DNA of 61,733 nucleotides, filler included, from Sphacelaria rigidula (lineage: Eukaryota), in NCBI GenBank assembly GCA_964200075.2. It is 10 parts of 10 records of this genome, joined end to end, with 100 filler letters (N's around TTAATTAATTAA, not from the genome) between each part and the next. Parts side by side here need not be neighbours in the genome. Positions count along the whole stretch, not along the records: positions 12,369 to 18,452 come from CAXNAA020022350.1; positions 18,553 to 24,635 come from CAXNAA020022351.1; positions 24,736 to 30,818 come from CAXNAA020022352.1; 7 more parts are not named here. The stretch is one strand, 5' to 3'. Positions 12,934-25,973 of the stretch are shown here, piece after piece; the stretch's first letter is position 1; each line of letters begins with the position of its first letter. Under the pieces are notes generated by a model that was not told where the DNA came from, searched no databases, and saw only the letters and a list, made by a program, of their open reading frames with translations. Both the position numbers and the translations under genes were made by a program.

Positions 12934-13206
12934 CCCTTTGGGAACTAAAGTGCTGAATTTTGTTTTGTGAATTTTGGTGAATCGGCATAGCTCTGACTAG
13001 AATATGACTGAGAATAATGCCGATTTACCGAAACAAAAGTCAGCACTCACTAGGGGTCTAGTTCCCACAGGGTTAAATTGCTTTTAAACCCTTTCGGAAC
13101 CTGTTGACGATTTTTGTTTTTGTGAATCGGCATCATTTCGACTTGAGAATGACAGAAAATGATGCCGATTTACAAGAACAAAAAACGTCAATGGGTTCCA
13201 AAAGGG
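12934..13206. mobile_element. Two adjacent piggyBac-type MITEs (12934-13072 and 13089-13206)
   Basis: ttaa-CCCTTTGGGAAC...GTTCCCACAGGG-ttaa and CCCTTTCGGAACC...GGTTCCAAAAGGG-ttaa; CCC/GGG termini with TTAA; palindromic interiors. Confidence 0.78.
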
Positions 13207-14585
13207 TTAATCCAAGCTACTTCTCTGCTCAAAGCGAAGTATAATCTTCTTTGTCTCCTGCAAAGGATGATCGGGGGCGCGCGGGGGGAGGGAGGGGGGG
13301 ACTGTTCGAAGACTTTTTCGATCGACCACTGACTCAATACCATTTTTTTGTATTTGCAGGTGATGTCGTTACCTGACAAATGTCGACCAGGAAATATTCA
13401 GTTGAGATAAATGGTCTGGTCGTTAAAGGGATATCGTGAGAAGTGGGTTCTGTCGCCAGTGGTCGTTGCAAGAAGATGTCAGCTGCTCTCGCAGGCTTCA
13501 GGCGACAAGCTCCGGGGGCGGTGTACTCATGATCATACATGCTATATTCATGAGACCATTGACCTCGCATCCCTACAAAGCTGGGACGGAAGAATGGGGA
13601 GGGGGCGATAATTGAAATCGTCGTCAGTTTTACTGCAGCCTAAACCCTAAGTTTCACTACAGTGGGGTAATCCGTACGGAGCATGACACTGAGGTAATTA
13701 AGTACCCAGCCTAAAAGCATATGGTACTGCTTGACATGGGCTTCTATGCTGTTTCAAGGCTGCCCTTGCTCTGAAGCCTGATGGTTCGCAGAACCGATTG
13801 CTGCGAAACAAGGATTGTATTCTTCCGTACAGTACTCTGGAGTAGGTTCCGCGCTTTGTTCATGTAAAGGTCATCTATCTGGATCCACCTGGTACCATCG
13901 TACCTACGACCTATATCTTCGTATCCTGCGATGAAATGGTCGGGCCACAGAGTGTCTGCGTGTACCAGAAGTGACTCGTGCAGCTTTGCAAGCCTCATCC
14001 TATATTGAGTCGGCCACCCATTTCGTAGACCAGCGTTGGTGTTGACGGAATAATACAGAAGGGGGGGAATCTGCAAACAAACCCTCTTTTTGTGTGTCTG
14101 TGTGACATTTCTCAACACAATTCTTTTTATGTCAGGCTCTTCACACGCTTTCTATTTCTTACTCTGACCTGGCCTTGCTTCTTCAATCCCCCTTCCCTCC
14201 CCGAAGAGACTTCGATTTGAACTCCGGTTTGTTTCACTGCAGTAATGTCGTACTGTACCTTGAGCCTCATTCTTGTCAGGAATGGCAGGTTTGATTTGAT
14301 TTGATTGACGCACTTTAACTGACCCCCCGGGGGTCCAGCCGTGGTCTCATGATGGACGTACGTACCCAAGAAAAACGAAACTGAAACACTCTCTGAAGAA
14401 ACGAAGGAACAAGCAAAACAAAAAAGTCGAACAGAACGACATAGCAGACCAAGTCGTGACAAGAAAAGAGAAGTCAGAATTGCCAGATGACGCCATCCCT
14501 TGGTTGGCGGCTGCAATTTTGGTTTTGTAACACTGTAGGACAAAGATATTTTTCGTACCTCATTCTGTACCGCTCCCCCTGCCAG

Positions 14586-16460
14586 GTGTCACTACGGGTG
14601 CGCAACATGTCCACCGAAGCGCGTGACCTTGTGATCATGTTCACGGAGAGCGCAGAGACGGATGGCTGGGGGGGAGGAGAGACGGGGGGCGCTGCTCTGC
14701 AGCAGAGAGGAAGAAACATGAAGCTGACATTGGAGGGTATGATCGGGGGAAGTGGGGATGTGGGTGGTGACAGCGAGGCCGGTGACAATGGAGACGATGG
14801 AGAGGAGCAAGGGCTGGACAGTGTTCCATCGCTGCCGGTGAGTGTACGCGTGGAATATGACCATTCCGGGAATGATGACAGCTTTTTTTTTTATGGATGA
14901 TGCTGTACACTTGATACTTTGCCATTGTGTGTGTGTGTTTTTTTTTTCCTTCCTGTGCTTGTTGTTTTCACTCACCTTCTATTGAAATGCAGAGAGATCA
15001 AATTGTGGCAATTTTTACGATAGCCCCCCCCAAAAAACAAACAAACAAACAAGCCCAAAACTGTCACGAAGAAAATGGTCATACAGCGCCTGATATTTGG
15101 TTTCAGGCTGAATGAAGCGCCTCACGTGGTTGACATAGGCGAAAACGAACCCAAGCGCTGAAATTCCCAGCTGCTCGTTGTGCCCAGCTTTCTTCATTTC
15201 TATTGATGTGAATGTTTTGCCTCCCCAAACCAGCCACTTTTTGTAGGGGGGGCTATCGTAGAAAGTGTCTTGTACGACGTGTTTTTTTTTCCTTCGAGAG
15301 TGATTGATGCTTTTGGTGGAATATCTGAGCTTTCCTTCGCGTGAAGAGCATGAGCAAGGCCCTTAGCGTGCAGGACAAGCAAAGCTCTGACACGACTCAT
15401 CATCGAACCGTTTCAGAAACATGGATGTACGCGTGGCAATAATAACACGCGCGCGACGACCTCCCGCGAGTATGTAAAGCAAGTAATCTTGACAAGGAAC
15501 GTACCTTTCTTACCGAAGTACAAAACCGTAGTGGTAAGTTCAATGCTCGGACTGCCGCACCTTCCACATCTCTCTGCCTCGCTCAGTGGCTTGCGGTGTA
15601 CATGCTGTGGAACGGATCCGGCTCCCTCCGCCGGCGCTTTCCGGTCAATACCTTCTAAGCCTGTTCTTCGTTTTGCATTCATGGTTCTCTGCCGTTTGCT
15701 GTTCGTCTTTTCCTCCTCCCTCTTCGCGCTCGCCTTCTCCTCGTCCATGCGTGCCTTCTGCTTGCGTTCGCGTTCGTACGTGCATGCGTGCTCTGCGCTT
15801 GCATACGTCGATGTTTTTTTTGTCCGTGTGTGCTTTGTGTGTGGACGCTTGTGTCATATTCCAATGTGTGTGTATGTGGGTGTGGGTGTTTTCTTATGGT
15901 GACAACAGCAAACGCATCGATCACCTGGGCGCTTTCGGGCCATGGTTGGTGGCGCCGGCTACCGCCCGCCCTCGTCTCCCGCAGCACCATCAGCGGCATC
16001 ACCGACGACGCAAGGGCCACAGGCAACACAAGCCAACGACAACGATAACACGAGCATCAACACCAGCGTCGCCAACAAGCGAAACGTTAGCTTCTCAGAA
16101 CCCCACCATAACGCCTCCGTTAGCTTCTCCTCGGAATCCCGCCCCCCGCCCCCACCTCCACCCCCCAACCACTCGCCGCCACCCCCCTATGACGATGGTG
16201 AACAACAGCAGGCGAGAGCAGCAACGGCGGCGGCGGCGGCGGCGGCGGAAAAGACGATGTTTCTGGAATCTCCGCTGCTCCCGCTAGATGCCGCGGTTCC
16301 CCTTGGGAGGTTGGAGAGGGGTGCCGAGTGCGCCGCGACGGTTAGGCTGACGGCGGTCAGGGCGGGGCTCGCGAGGCTGTCCACGCTGTGTCTGAGGGAC
16401 ACGATTACCGGCGCGGTTTATGCACCGACGTGTCCTTACGAAGTGTTTGTCGAATCTTGA
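14586..16460 (+). CDS. 3' part of a TRAPP Trs65/TRAPPC13-like protein; exons 14586-14837 and 15909-16460 (stop)
   Basis: Canonical phase-0 splice sites. VSLRVRNMSTEARDL... and terminal LLPLDAAVPLGRLERGAECAATVRLTAVRAGLARLSTLCLRDTITGAVY..YEVFV* resemble the C-terminal beta-sandwich of TRAPP accessory subunits. Family call is tentative. Confidence 0.55.
15010..15270. mobile_element. MITE family with GACACTTTCTACGATAGCCCCC-type TIRs; other copies ~18310-18390 and ~61420-61680
   Basis: tttacgatagcccccccc...gggggggctatcgtagaaagtgtc; interior aaatggtcatacagcgcctgat conserved among three contigs. Confidence 0.65.
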
Positions 16461-17289
16461 GCTTGATTGATTGATTGGTTGATTGATTGATTAATTGATT
16501 GATTGATGGATCGATCGGTTGATTGGCGTAGTTTGTTGAATAATGGTCGGAGTTTTAAGCTTGTGAGTTTTACTGTGTGCATGGGGGGTCTTGTTGTCAG
16601 GTTGTATTTTTATTTCATTTTTTTTCTTTTGTTTTGTTTGTTTTTTCATGTATTTGGCGTGTGTTTGTTTGGGCATGCAAGCATGTTGTATTGGTGGAGT
16701 TGTTGGGGCTACATACGAGTTGCACTTGGTTGTCCCCTGCCCTCTCTCCCCTCGTCTATCTCCTCACCATTCATTTCCGTCTGTTTATTTGAATTTTTTG
16801 TTTTTTAATTATACTCTCATATACTCGTACATTCTTTGTTTGCTTGTGTGTCTGCTGTGCTACTACTGTACCAATCGCAGAATCCTATTTCCATGGCTTT
16901 GCCGCATATCTTGATTCGCAAGGAGAAAGGGGGTCATGTGGCGAGTTCGTCAACGTCCTGTCTTTGAGAGCTGCTGTAAAAAACGAATAACATCTAGTCC
17001 TCCATGATGTACAGCAGACTCCTCAACCGCTCCCCCTCGCCCCCCCACGGGGGGCGGGGCGTATTTCATCAAGGAATATAATATTTACAAACAAGGGTTT
17101 CGTTGCGCGATGGCACATTTCATGGTTTGGAGACAAATAACAACTTTGATGTTTGATAGCAGGCTTTCCACCTTCAACAGCCGATAACGGTATCCTCTTG
17201 TACGGTCCACTACATGAACAAAACCTTTACCCCCTCGGAATGTTTACATTAAGTTTCCTCAGCAAGCAGACATGCAAATCAAAGAACAT

Positions 17290-17701
17290 ACTATTTTCGA
17301 AAATGAGGTTAAACATAATATGAGGTTCACCTCGAAAACAGTGCATTCCCTGACCTAAAGTCATGACAAATGACTTTCATATGGATGACCTCATAACCCC
17401 CGACCTTCCTGAAACCATTTTTTGGAGTTTCCCGTCTTCCGTTCCCCCAAAAGCGTATGTGTGAAAGCACCAATTTCGGGCTAAAAGCGTTCCTATGTTC
17501 ACCCCGAAATCGAGGCAAAGTCTGACAACGCCTCCTGGGACCCCGGATATCTGGCGAAAAAACAAAACGAAAGACCCCATTCATCCAGCCTTTCTAAATA
17601 TCTCCTATCACTCGTGTGCAAAACCTCAGCGTCAAACTAGAAGAAATGGCTTGAAAGATCGCTAGGGAGTTAATTCCGATTGTCCACCCTGAACCAGCCT
17701 G
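17290..17701. mobile_element. End of a non-autonomous DNA transposon (...GAACCAGCCTG-ta, Tc1/mariner-like); related end near 50190-50277
   Basis: Shared subterminal gtgcaaaa..tcag.gtc.aact...aaa.ggc.tga and terminal tgaaccagcc. Confidence 0.45.
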
Positions 17702-18835
17702 TACAACGGCGGAGATGCATGCATACGCGATTGTTGAGCAGGTACTCGTAATGTGCAAACGTTACCAAAAGAGGGTCCAAGCTCTGTGCGTGGCAACGCC
17801 CCAGCAGGCCCGGATCCTCTCGATTACACGATGGCGGTGTACCTTCCGCTGCAACCACGATTCCGAACACTGGCGGGAAAAAAAAAACTGCTGGCCAGCG
17901 CATGAGCGCCAAAGGATTATGACTAGCACAATTCTTGGACCCGTTTAACCGCGAGTGTGAGAGCGAGAGGTGGGAAAAGAGAGATACGGAGATGGGAATA
18001 GAAACCAAAATGCCGTTTGCGCATACCCGCCTAGCACTTATGCCATCTCTCTGAGACAAAGCAAGGGCTCTGAGTAGTGGGTCGTCTAGTGTTCACTGAA
18101 AAAAAAAACGAGGAAAACGAGGAAAACGAGGAAACGCATTATCACAACAACATACACAAGCACAACATCACAAGATTTTCTCGATCTGCGCAACCAAGCA
18201 AGCAGTCGTGTTCGCCGCAACTCGTCGCCACAATGTTCGCTCGAGGACCTTCACCATTAGACCATCCATCAATCAGCACCGACTGAGTGGTCTGATGAAG
18301 TTCACCCGTGACACTTTCTACGATAGCCCCCCCCCCAAAACCAGCTAGAAGTGTCAAGAAAAAAATGGCCATACAGCGCCTGATAACACGGTTGCCAGAA
18401 AAATGAGAACGTATTTTGAAATGAGAATCAACTGCTCCCCGGGATTGTGTCCNNNNNNNNNNNNNNNNNNNNNNNNNNNNNNNNNNNNNNNNNNNNTTAA
18501 TTAATTAANNNNNNNNNNNNNNNNNNNNNNNNNNNNNNNNNNNNNNNNNNNNCTTCCGATCTGACAGATATGCCACTTCAGCCCCATATTTTGTATGAAC
18601 CCCAAAATATAAAATCGGCTGTTTGTTGTTCGAGGAACTTCACTGAATCAACATTAGGATAAACAGATACTGCACTCGAGAATCATTCACGGTCGCTTCC
18701 TCCAAGTACTATATCGTCTAAGTTATAGGCGGGTATTTCGTATTCTTTCGGTGCTGGCGGATAAAATGGTTCATTTTCTGTCACATTTCGACAGATTGCT
18801 GCTAACCTAGGTTCAAAAGGTATCTCTTCGCCATT

Positions 18836-19088
18836 GAGTAATGCTACGGAAGGGTTGCACTTTTTGAGCGAAAATGTTTCTCGGGGTGCTACAGGGATCA
18901 TTATGTGAATCGGCATCATTTTCACTTGAAAAAGAGTGAAAGTGATGCCGATTCACAAAAAGGTCCCTGTGTGCATCTCCATGTCCTCTCCCCAGAGATT
19001 TGGTCTGCACGGCAAGCCCCATATATTTGGGCTCCTACAAAAACGAGACCCAGAAACAAAAAGTGTAACCCCTATCGTAGCATTGCTC
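18836..19088. mobile_element. Sola-like MITE
   Basis: catt-GAGTAATGCTACGGAAGGGTTGCACTTTTT ... AAAAAGTGTAACCCCTATCGTAGCATTGCTC-cgtt (TSD with one mismatch). Confidence 0.72.
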
Positions 19089-19099
19089 CGTTCACTTCT

Positions 19100-20620
19100 A
19101 TGAAAAGACAAGACAGTGAGTCGGGTACAATATTCAATTTTCCTGGTACATGCTTGATAGTGACATCAAAACTTTGAAGTTCTATGGCCCAACGTGTCAA
19201 CATGTTGACGTATCTTGCATGTTATACAAGCACGTAAGAGCTTGATGGTCTGTATGACAGGTGAAATATCGACCTCAGGGATATGGTCTCCCGTGTACGA
19301 AAGACCAGAAAACAGCAAGGCATTCTTTCATAGTTGGACTATAATGGTGTTGACTTTCAGAAAAGCTTTTGCTATAATATGCCATCATATCGATTTCTTT
19401 ACCGTCGACACTATCCTTGCGTGGCTGAGCTAAAAAAGCGCCTACGCCAATTTCTGAAGAACCGGTATGAACTACAATTTATCTCGAAAAACCAGGAAAG
19501 TGTAGGACAGGGGCAGAAGCTAGCACTTGTTTTAAGTTTCGTGAAAGCTGCGTCGTGTGCTGTACCCCAAGCTTTCTTAAAAGTTTATTTTAAGAGCAAA
19601 TTCTTTGCGAGTTACATCGACAAGTGGTGCTGTGATGTAAGCATAATCTTTGACAAAACGCTGGACAAAATTTAACATGTCTAAAACTGGTCTGAGATCT
19701 TTGATGCATGTTGGCGTTGGCAGCTTTTGGATGGCTTGTGTGCGGTTGTTGCTGACAGCAATTCCTTTCGCAGAAATAATTAGTATGTCCGAGGTATTCG
19801 ATTTCTTTCTGTCCGAATTGAATTGTCGATGGTTTTAGAGTTAACCCTGCTGCTTGAAGGACTGAAAACATTTGCTCCAACGATTGAAGGTGATTTTCAA
19901 ATGTGGAACTGATACAAATTAAATAATCCATGTATGTATGACAGAACACTAGATTCTGGGTCAAGATGACGCAGAGCCATTGACATCAATTGGTGGAAAA
20001 GCCAAGGTGCACTGCATACTCAAAAAGGCAAACGCTTAAAACAGTACTTGCCGTTTGGTGTGACGAATGCAGTCCGGTTTACATGTTCTTCGGCCACCGG
20101 AAATTGCCAGAATGCGCTGAGGACATCGCATACAGTGATGAATAGAGCTTCACCCACTGCATCAAGGCAAGATTCAAGATTTGGCATGGACTACTCTTGC
20201 GGACAATATGGCGGTCAAGAGTGTGACGAAAATCAACACAGAATCGTGGACTACCATTGCGTTTAGCTACAATGGTACATGGACTACCCCATGGACTCGG
20301 TCTTTTTTCAATAATATCCCATTCCTGCATTTCCTTGACACATTTGTCAATTACTGTGGAAGCACGTGGGTTTGGACGGTAAGGAGGTCTGCCTACAGGA
20401 CGAGTATCAGAGGGACGAGGACATGTTACCTCTGTAGTAGTACAGCGACCTACCTCTGACATAGACAGTGAGAAAACAGGTCGCAATATAGCACATGAAT
20501 CTAGAACATATGCTGCTACAAACAGACGGTAAAGTGGGGGAATAGTTCTCAGCATTAGGCATCTCTACTGGCTCACAGGAAGGCGATATGTCTCGTGGTC
20601 TCGTACAAGCATCCAGTTGA
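19100..20620 (-). pseudogene. Decayed Ty3/Gypsy pol (RT and RNase H)
   Basis: PVGRPPYR..IEKRPSPWGSPCTIVAKRNGSPRFCVDFR, AFVTPNGKYCFKRLPF, YMD, LQAAGLTLKP..FGQKEIEYLGH and RNase H remnants (TDHQAL); multiple frameshifts. Confidence 0.9.
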
Positions 20621-20922
20621 GTCAAATCATGCGCATACAGATACGTGATGGCTAATATATACCATGTTGACTATGCCGGAACATGTCGCAAGTGCACCAT
20701 GCTGTTTGTGCACTGAAATTTATTATTATACTACCATGCCGATCATATTTCACATACTGTCGTACCGATTATGGTTCAGGAATCCGTGCTGTATTATCTC
20801 ACCGTGTTCAGTAACCAACCAGCAAAAGCATAGCAAGAGGGAATACGTCCAACGCAGTACAGTTTACATGGAAAGGCGAGGACCTTGATCACAGCTTCAG
20901 AAGCGATTCAGTTTCGCTTTCG

Positions 20923-23900
20923 TGGTGGTGGTTTTGATAGCTTCATCAATAGATTCGCAAAAGCTCCTAGGTCGTTTTTGTGCTCGTAAAGAGAGTAAAG
21001 CCAAGGGTCGCACCGGGTTATGCAACCACGGCGCGCACGGAGGCGTGTCTGTAACCGATACAACGGACACCAGTCCCTCTTCTCTAGTTGGAATGCCCGT
21101 AGGTCACATCAACTAGCCCTGCGAGCCCGTCAGTCTAATGGCTGGGCTCATCCTCGTATGATCCTCTCACCATTATTTCGCCGCGATCCACAACACCCCC
21201 CCTCAGACCCAGGGTTGAAAAACCCTGGGGCTGAACGTGGTTCGATCATGAATCGCCGCGTCACCATGTTCCTCTTCTTCGAATAATCGGCGTTGCTTCG
21301 TATAGCCGTCGATCTTGGTAACCGTTCTGCCGGGTTAGACCGCGCAGGGAATTTAAACACCGTGCAGGACAATCTCGGACAGTCTCGGCAACTTCCATTG
21401 TTGTAGACCTCTCTGCCGGGTTAGACCACGCAGGGAATTTGAACACCGTACAGAAACGATCCCATCCAGTCCGCAGAAATTCTTGATCTTGCTGACCGCT
21501 CCGTCGGGTTAGACCATGTAGGGAAGTTAAACACCGTACAGAAACGATCCCATCCAGTCCGGAAATTTCCTTGATCTTGCTGATCGCTCTGACGGGCTAG
21601 ACCATATCAGGGGTCCAAACACCGCGCAAGAACGCCCCTAACCAGGCTGGAGCAATCTTCCGCTATTGTTGATCGCTCTGTCGGGTTAGACCCACGTAGA
21701 GAATTGAAACTGCGTACAGAAACGATCTCATCCAGTCTGGGGAAGTTCTCGATCTTACTGATCGCTCTGTCGGGTTAGACCACGTGGGGAATTTAAACGC
21801 CGTACAAAAGCGATCCCATCCAATTCAGCTTAACTTTGGAACTGCTCCGGTATCTCGCATCGACCGCGCATTTACGCACCTGTAACTGAATCATCTCTCT
21901 CAGTCTCCATCCTCATGCTTGATGTGATAGTACGGTTGCCGGAAATCGAAAACCAACTTATCGAATTCCTGTTGTTCACCTTGGTTGTCTGCAAACAACT
22001 CACAGGTTTTTGTAACCCGGGGAGTTTGACTCCCCCCCGGCGTCACTTTTAAGTAAATGGGATATTCCGACGAATTCTTGTTGCTCACCTTGGTGGTGTG
22101 CACACCGCTTACGAAGCTTCGTACCTAGGGGAATCTAACTCCCCCCCAGCGTCACTTCTACAAAAATAGGGTATTCAGAGCGTCAGGAAGATTTTCAACA
22201 GACATTTAGCTACGGGTTCAGTAACCGTGGCTGCTATAATAGTAGGCAAGCAAAGAGAAATTTGGTCGCTCGATCAACAACCACCGACAAGCACGTATTA
22301 TTCGAAGTAGGAACCTGCTTCATGTCCGGTGGGTGCATCTCTTTTACCTCCCAGGACCGCCAGAAGAGGGCGGGTCACATCGCTATGATATGGCTGTTGG
22401 CATGCTTGCGTCGGGGACAGCCACAAGATGGCACGCATTTGCGAGTATCGGCGAAATCCCGGGCCACTCATAGCGTGCGTTTACCACTGCAGTCGTCCTC
22501 AACACTTCGGCGTGCCTATATGTAGTGTGCACCACCGCCAGCAGGCCAGTATTAGACAGCGTGAAACAGCTAACTCGGCAGGCGCCCTGGGTGACCTATA
22601 CCATGAAAGATCATCATCATCTAGATCGTACGCTTTCTACCCATTACCAGTTCCTTCGTCCCGGTTCTCCTCCATTAACCTATCCCTGATATGTTGCCGG
22701 TGGTACCCCTCCATACCCCAAAACCGATCGTGACTTGTCCACTCTCCGTGGTCCCCTCAACTGAGCGATGGGCTCGATCTTAGACGGCGAAAGCTGAATT
22801 CCCGAAGCATCGATCGTCATCTCCACGAAGTCTTGTTGTTGAGTACGCCACTATGACTGCTGGAAATTCATCGTGAGGCCTGCAGTCAGCAGGCAATGCA
22901 GCACAATTCTCAATCCAGTAATTTGAATGAGGAATTTCCCACTAGGCCACAAGATGTCGTCCAATCTATTCTTGACACCCTTCGTCGGTAACAACGCTTC
23001 GCGTGCTCTCCGGTAAAACGTTGCTGGCAATACCTCGAGTTCAAATCCGCAACGTTGATATTGCTATCAGTGCCCCCTTCGCGTCGTGAAAGATCGTGAG
23101 GTGTCAGTCCTTGCTTGACATCTCCGGCTGGGAAAACCACTTGCTAGATCAACACTCGTAAAGTACTTGGATCCTACTAGCCCACTATACATGGTCTGCA
23201 TATCCCCCAAACCGCCGCTGTATGACTCGAGAAGTTCGTTCAGTCCACGGTAATCCTGACGAAACCGTGAATTGCCGTCCTTCTTTCGAAGGTGACGCAG
23301 GCGGCTGCCTATGCTGCCGTCAAAGGCCCGATGATCCCCCGCTCCCCGAGCTTCTGTACCTCGCCTTGGGTAGCCGTCTCTTGTTCAGGCGAGTACTGCT
23401 TAGTGCCGGCAGTGAATGGCCGACACCTGAGGTCTTTCAGCCGTAGACGCAACCGTTCTCCACGAGCGGCCTTCACTCGCTTAGGCTCCACCGCAAAAAA
23501 CATCGCTTCGTTAAAGTCGCTCAACAACGATAGCAGCTGGATCTTCTGCGCTGGACCTAATTGGTCTATGTTCGCCTCCGCGAGCTTCACTCCTGCGGGC
23601 TCAGTCGTGTCTCTCTTCTTCACCTCTGATGATCCCGATAACTGTTGGGGAGGGGCCGACACAGTCCCACCGTCCTCCAGCTTCGACTTAAGCGTTGCGT
23701 TCGAGTCGGAAACGTACAGATGCTGCAACCGCTCACGGTCTAGAACATTCACGACCACGACCTTTTCCACCACCATACCCTTTCCAACTAGGCGAGCACT
23801 CTTGGTAGTGTTAACCACCTTACACACTAGGGGTAATTGTGGATCCCATCCCTGCACTCCTCTGGCTATCCCTATTTCTGCCTCCCCATGCAAATCAAAC

Positions 23901-24000
23901 GCCTTCCGAGGTTCGATCAACACGGGTTGTCGCTCCTGCGGATGAGGCCCTCGCACGTAGCCCGTGACTAGCTTGCTAACGAAGCTTTTTAACCTTACGT
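20923..24000 (-). mobile_element. Second decayed, internally deleted Ty3/Gypsy element: RT (~23960-22690), integrase (~22520-22240), Tudor-like C-terminus (~22000-21900), tandem array, PPT (~21207-21199), putative 3' LTR (~21198-20923)
   Basis: YSPEQETATQGEVQKLGERGII, KKDGNSRFRQDYRGLNELL, RTTAVVNARYEWPG, VVDRATKFLFA, FDFRQPYYHIKHEDGD; on the minus strand GAGGGGGG is directly followed by TGTTGTGG. The distal LTR boundary is tentative. Confidence 0.78.
21311..21829. repeat. Tandem array of six ~88-bp units
   Basis: Core ctctg(c/t)cgggttagacc recurs at ~21325, 21412, 21499, 21587, 21676, 21765; units are similar over their whole length. Confidence 0.9.
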
Positions 24001-25269
24001 TCTCTATTAGATGTAGCAGCCAATGAAGCGCAGCGTCGTCCTCTTACGTCACTCCAAGGCCTTTCCAGGCCTCATCTCATGCTGCCAATTCGCTCCCACT
24101 CGACAACATCCCAGTCGGGTCGTCCCTGGGCGCGCTTGGCTTGACAGGACCGAAGAGGTTCACAGTTGCCGAATCTCCTTGGCTGGTGAGGTGATCGGTG
24201 TCAACAGCTCCGAGTTTGGGGGGACCGTTAGACGCGAACCGTACTCACGGCGCCTTCGGCGAAGGCCGAAATCTCGATCGCCCATCGGAAGATAACGTGC
24301 GCTTGTTTCTCCTGAAAAAAACTCGATCCCGAAATAAATCCATATGGTAATCCATGGACCACCCGGACCCATACCTTTATTACCTTATCCTTTGTGTGGA
24401 AATGAATAGGAATTACCACTGGCACTAGAATCTTCATCGGAGGTATCTTACTGTTACTAGGTTAGCAGACCTCAAACTCCCTGCTCCCTGTCGTTGCAAC
24501 TTATTCGCTATAAGAAGCCACGTTACCAACAACCTTCACCACTGTTACGATGCATAGCTCTCCCCCCCTGCTCCGTCTCGAAAGGGATGCGTGGTCAATG
24601 GTCACACGACTAAGGCAAGCAACAAATGAGTACGCNNNNNNNNNNNNNNNNNNNNNNNNNNNNNNNNNNNNNNNNNNNNTTAATTAATTAANNNNNNNNN
24701 NNNNNNNNNNNNNNNNNNNNNNNNNNNNNNNNNNNGAATAAGAAAAAAAATCACTGAAGTTCCTTTTTTTTTTTTTCATGAGTTAAGGGCAATAATCGTA
24801 TCACCAAAATGCCCTCAACTCATGAAAAAAGAAAGAACTTTTGGTACTTCGGTAAATTTTTTTCTTATGCCCTATGCACTGTCCATACCAAATTTCAGGG
24901 CCCGGCTCTAAATGTATAAAAGAGCATGGGCCTGCAAACTTCAAATCCGCCTCTAGGCTGGCCCAGCTCGTACTGAGATCTCCCAATCCCCGACTTTTTG
25001 GGATCACTCGTCCGCCGTGATGAGTGATGGTAATCGAGAAACCTTGGGGGGAAAATCGCTTTCAACCAAAATTCCCCCGACTCAGATGCACCCCAGTATG
25101 TTTTCTTGTTTTATGTTGCCTTCTTTCTGACTCGGCCGCATTAGCATTTGTATCCGCATCCCGAAGAGTTGGCGGGTACGGATTCCCTCCTCGATGGTGC
25201 GATCGGTTTCCAGGAAGCTGAGTCGCAACCTACATGAACGGCCTAGCTACCTCAAGCCCTGGCAAGAGA

Positions 25270-25308
<39 letters not shown>

Positions 25309-25377
25309 CTCCCCGTTACTGAGGTGGTGCTACGGAGGTGTAAGGTGTAAATGCATCAATACTGCTCTCTCTTGCCC

Positions 25378-25900
25378 TGGGTGTACTCATGATGTTGCAT
25401 GCTGTAGTTTGTAGTCATAAGACCGTTGACCTCGCATCCCTACAAAACCGGGACGGAGCACGCCGGGTTTCCGCTGCACCAGCTAAGCAATCAATCACCA
25501 AGCGCGAAGCGCCGCGCTGTGTTCGGCGAGCCGCATGAAGGGTGAGCTGCACCCTGCTAATATTGTTCGGCCCGAAGCATACTGACCATCTTGCATTCGG
25601 ATGGCAGATTCCAATGAATTCCTTCATTTTCTGGTATCGCCACTTCCAGAGACAGCCACGGATTACACACTGCCTCATGGGTGTCCCACCATTTAAAACA
25701 CTACGTGGTACGATCATCCCCTCTGCGCGGAGCTGAGGTTTTTCCATCCCGCACAATATGATCTAGCTCGACCACCGTAATGGTTACCGCAACAAAAAAA
25801 ACGCAAGCGCGCAGAAAAAATCGATAACCTGGTTGCCTAGCTCACTCTGTAAGTGGCGTGTTTTACAGCGTCATTGCCGACGACGCCAACTCCATAGCGG
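25378..25900 (+). repeat. Abundant interspersed repeat headed by a ~70-bp module; related copies ~32640-32950, 35210-35520, 43285-43660, 30680-30818 (-)
   Basis: Conserved gtactcatgat.ttgcatgc.gtagtc...gaccattgacctcgcatccctacaaa.ccgggacggagcac...gtatcgccacttcca...tacactgcctcatgg. Confidence 0.85.
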
Positions 25901-25973
25901 GTGGGGGAGTGGGTAAGAGTACATATTTTGTAGTGCTGTATTAACGCCATGTACCGCAATGCTCGGGGGGCAG

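Noticed and set aside
21311..21829. CRISPR array
   Set aside because: The putative spacers are homologous to each other, the repeats are degenerate, no cas genes are present, and the array lies inside a Gypsy element.
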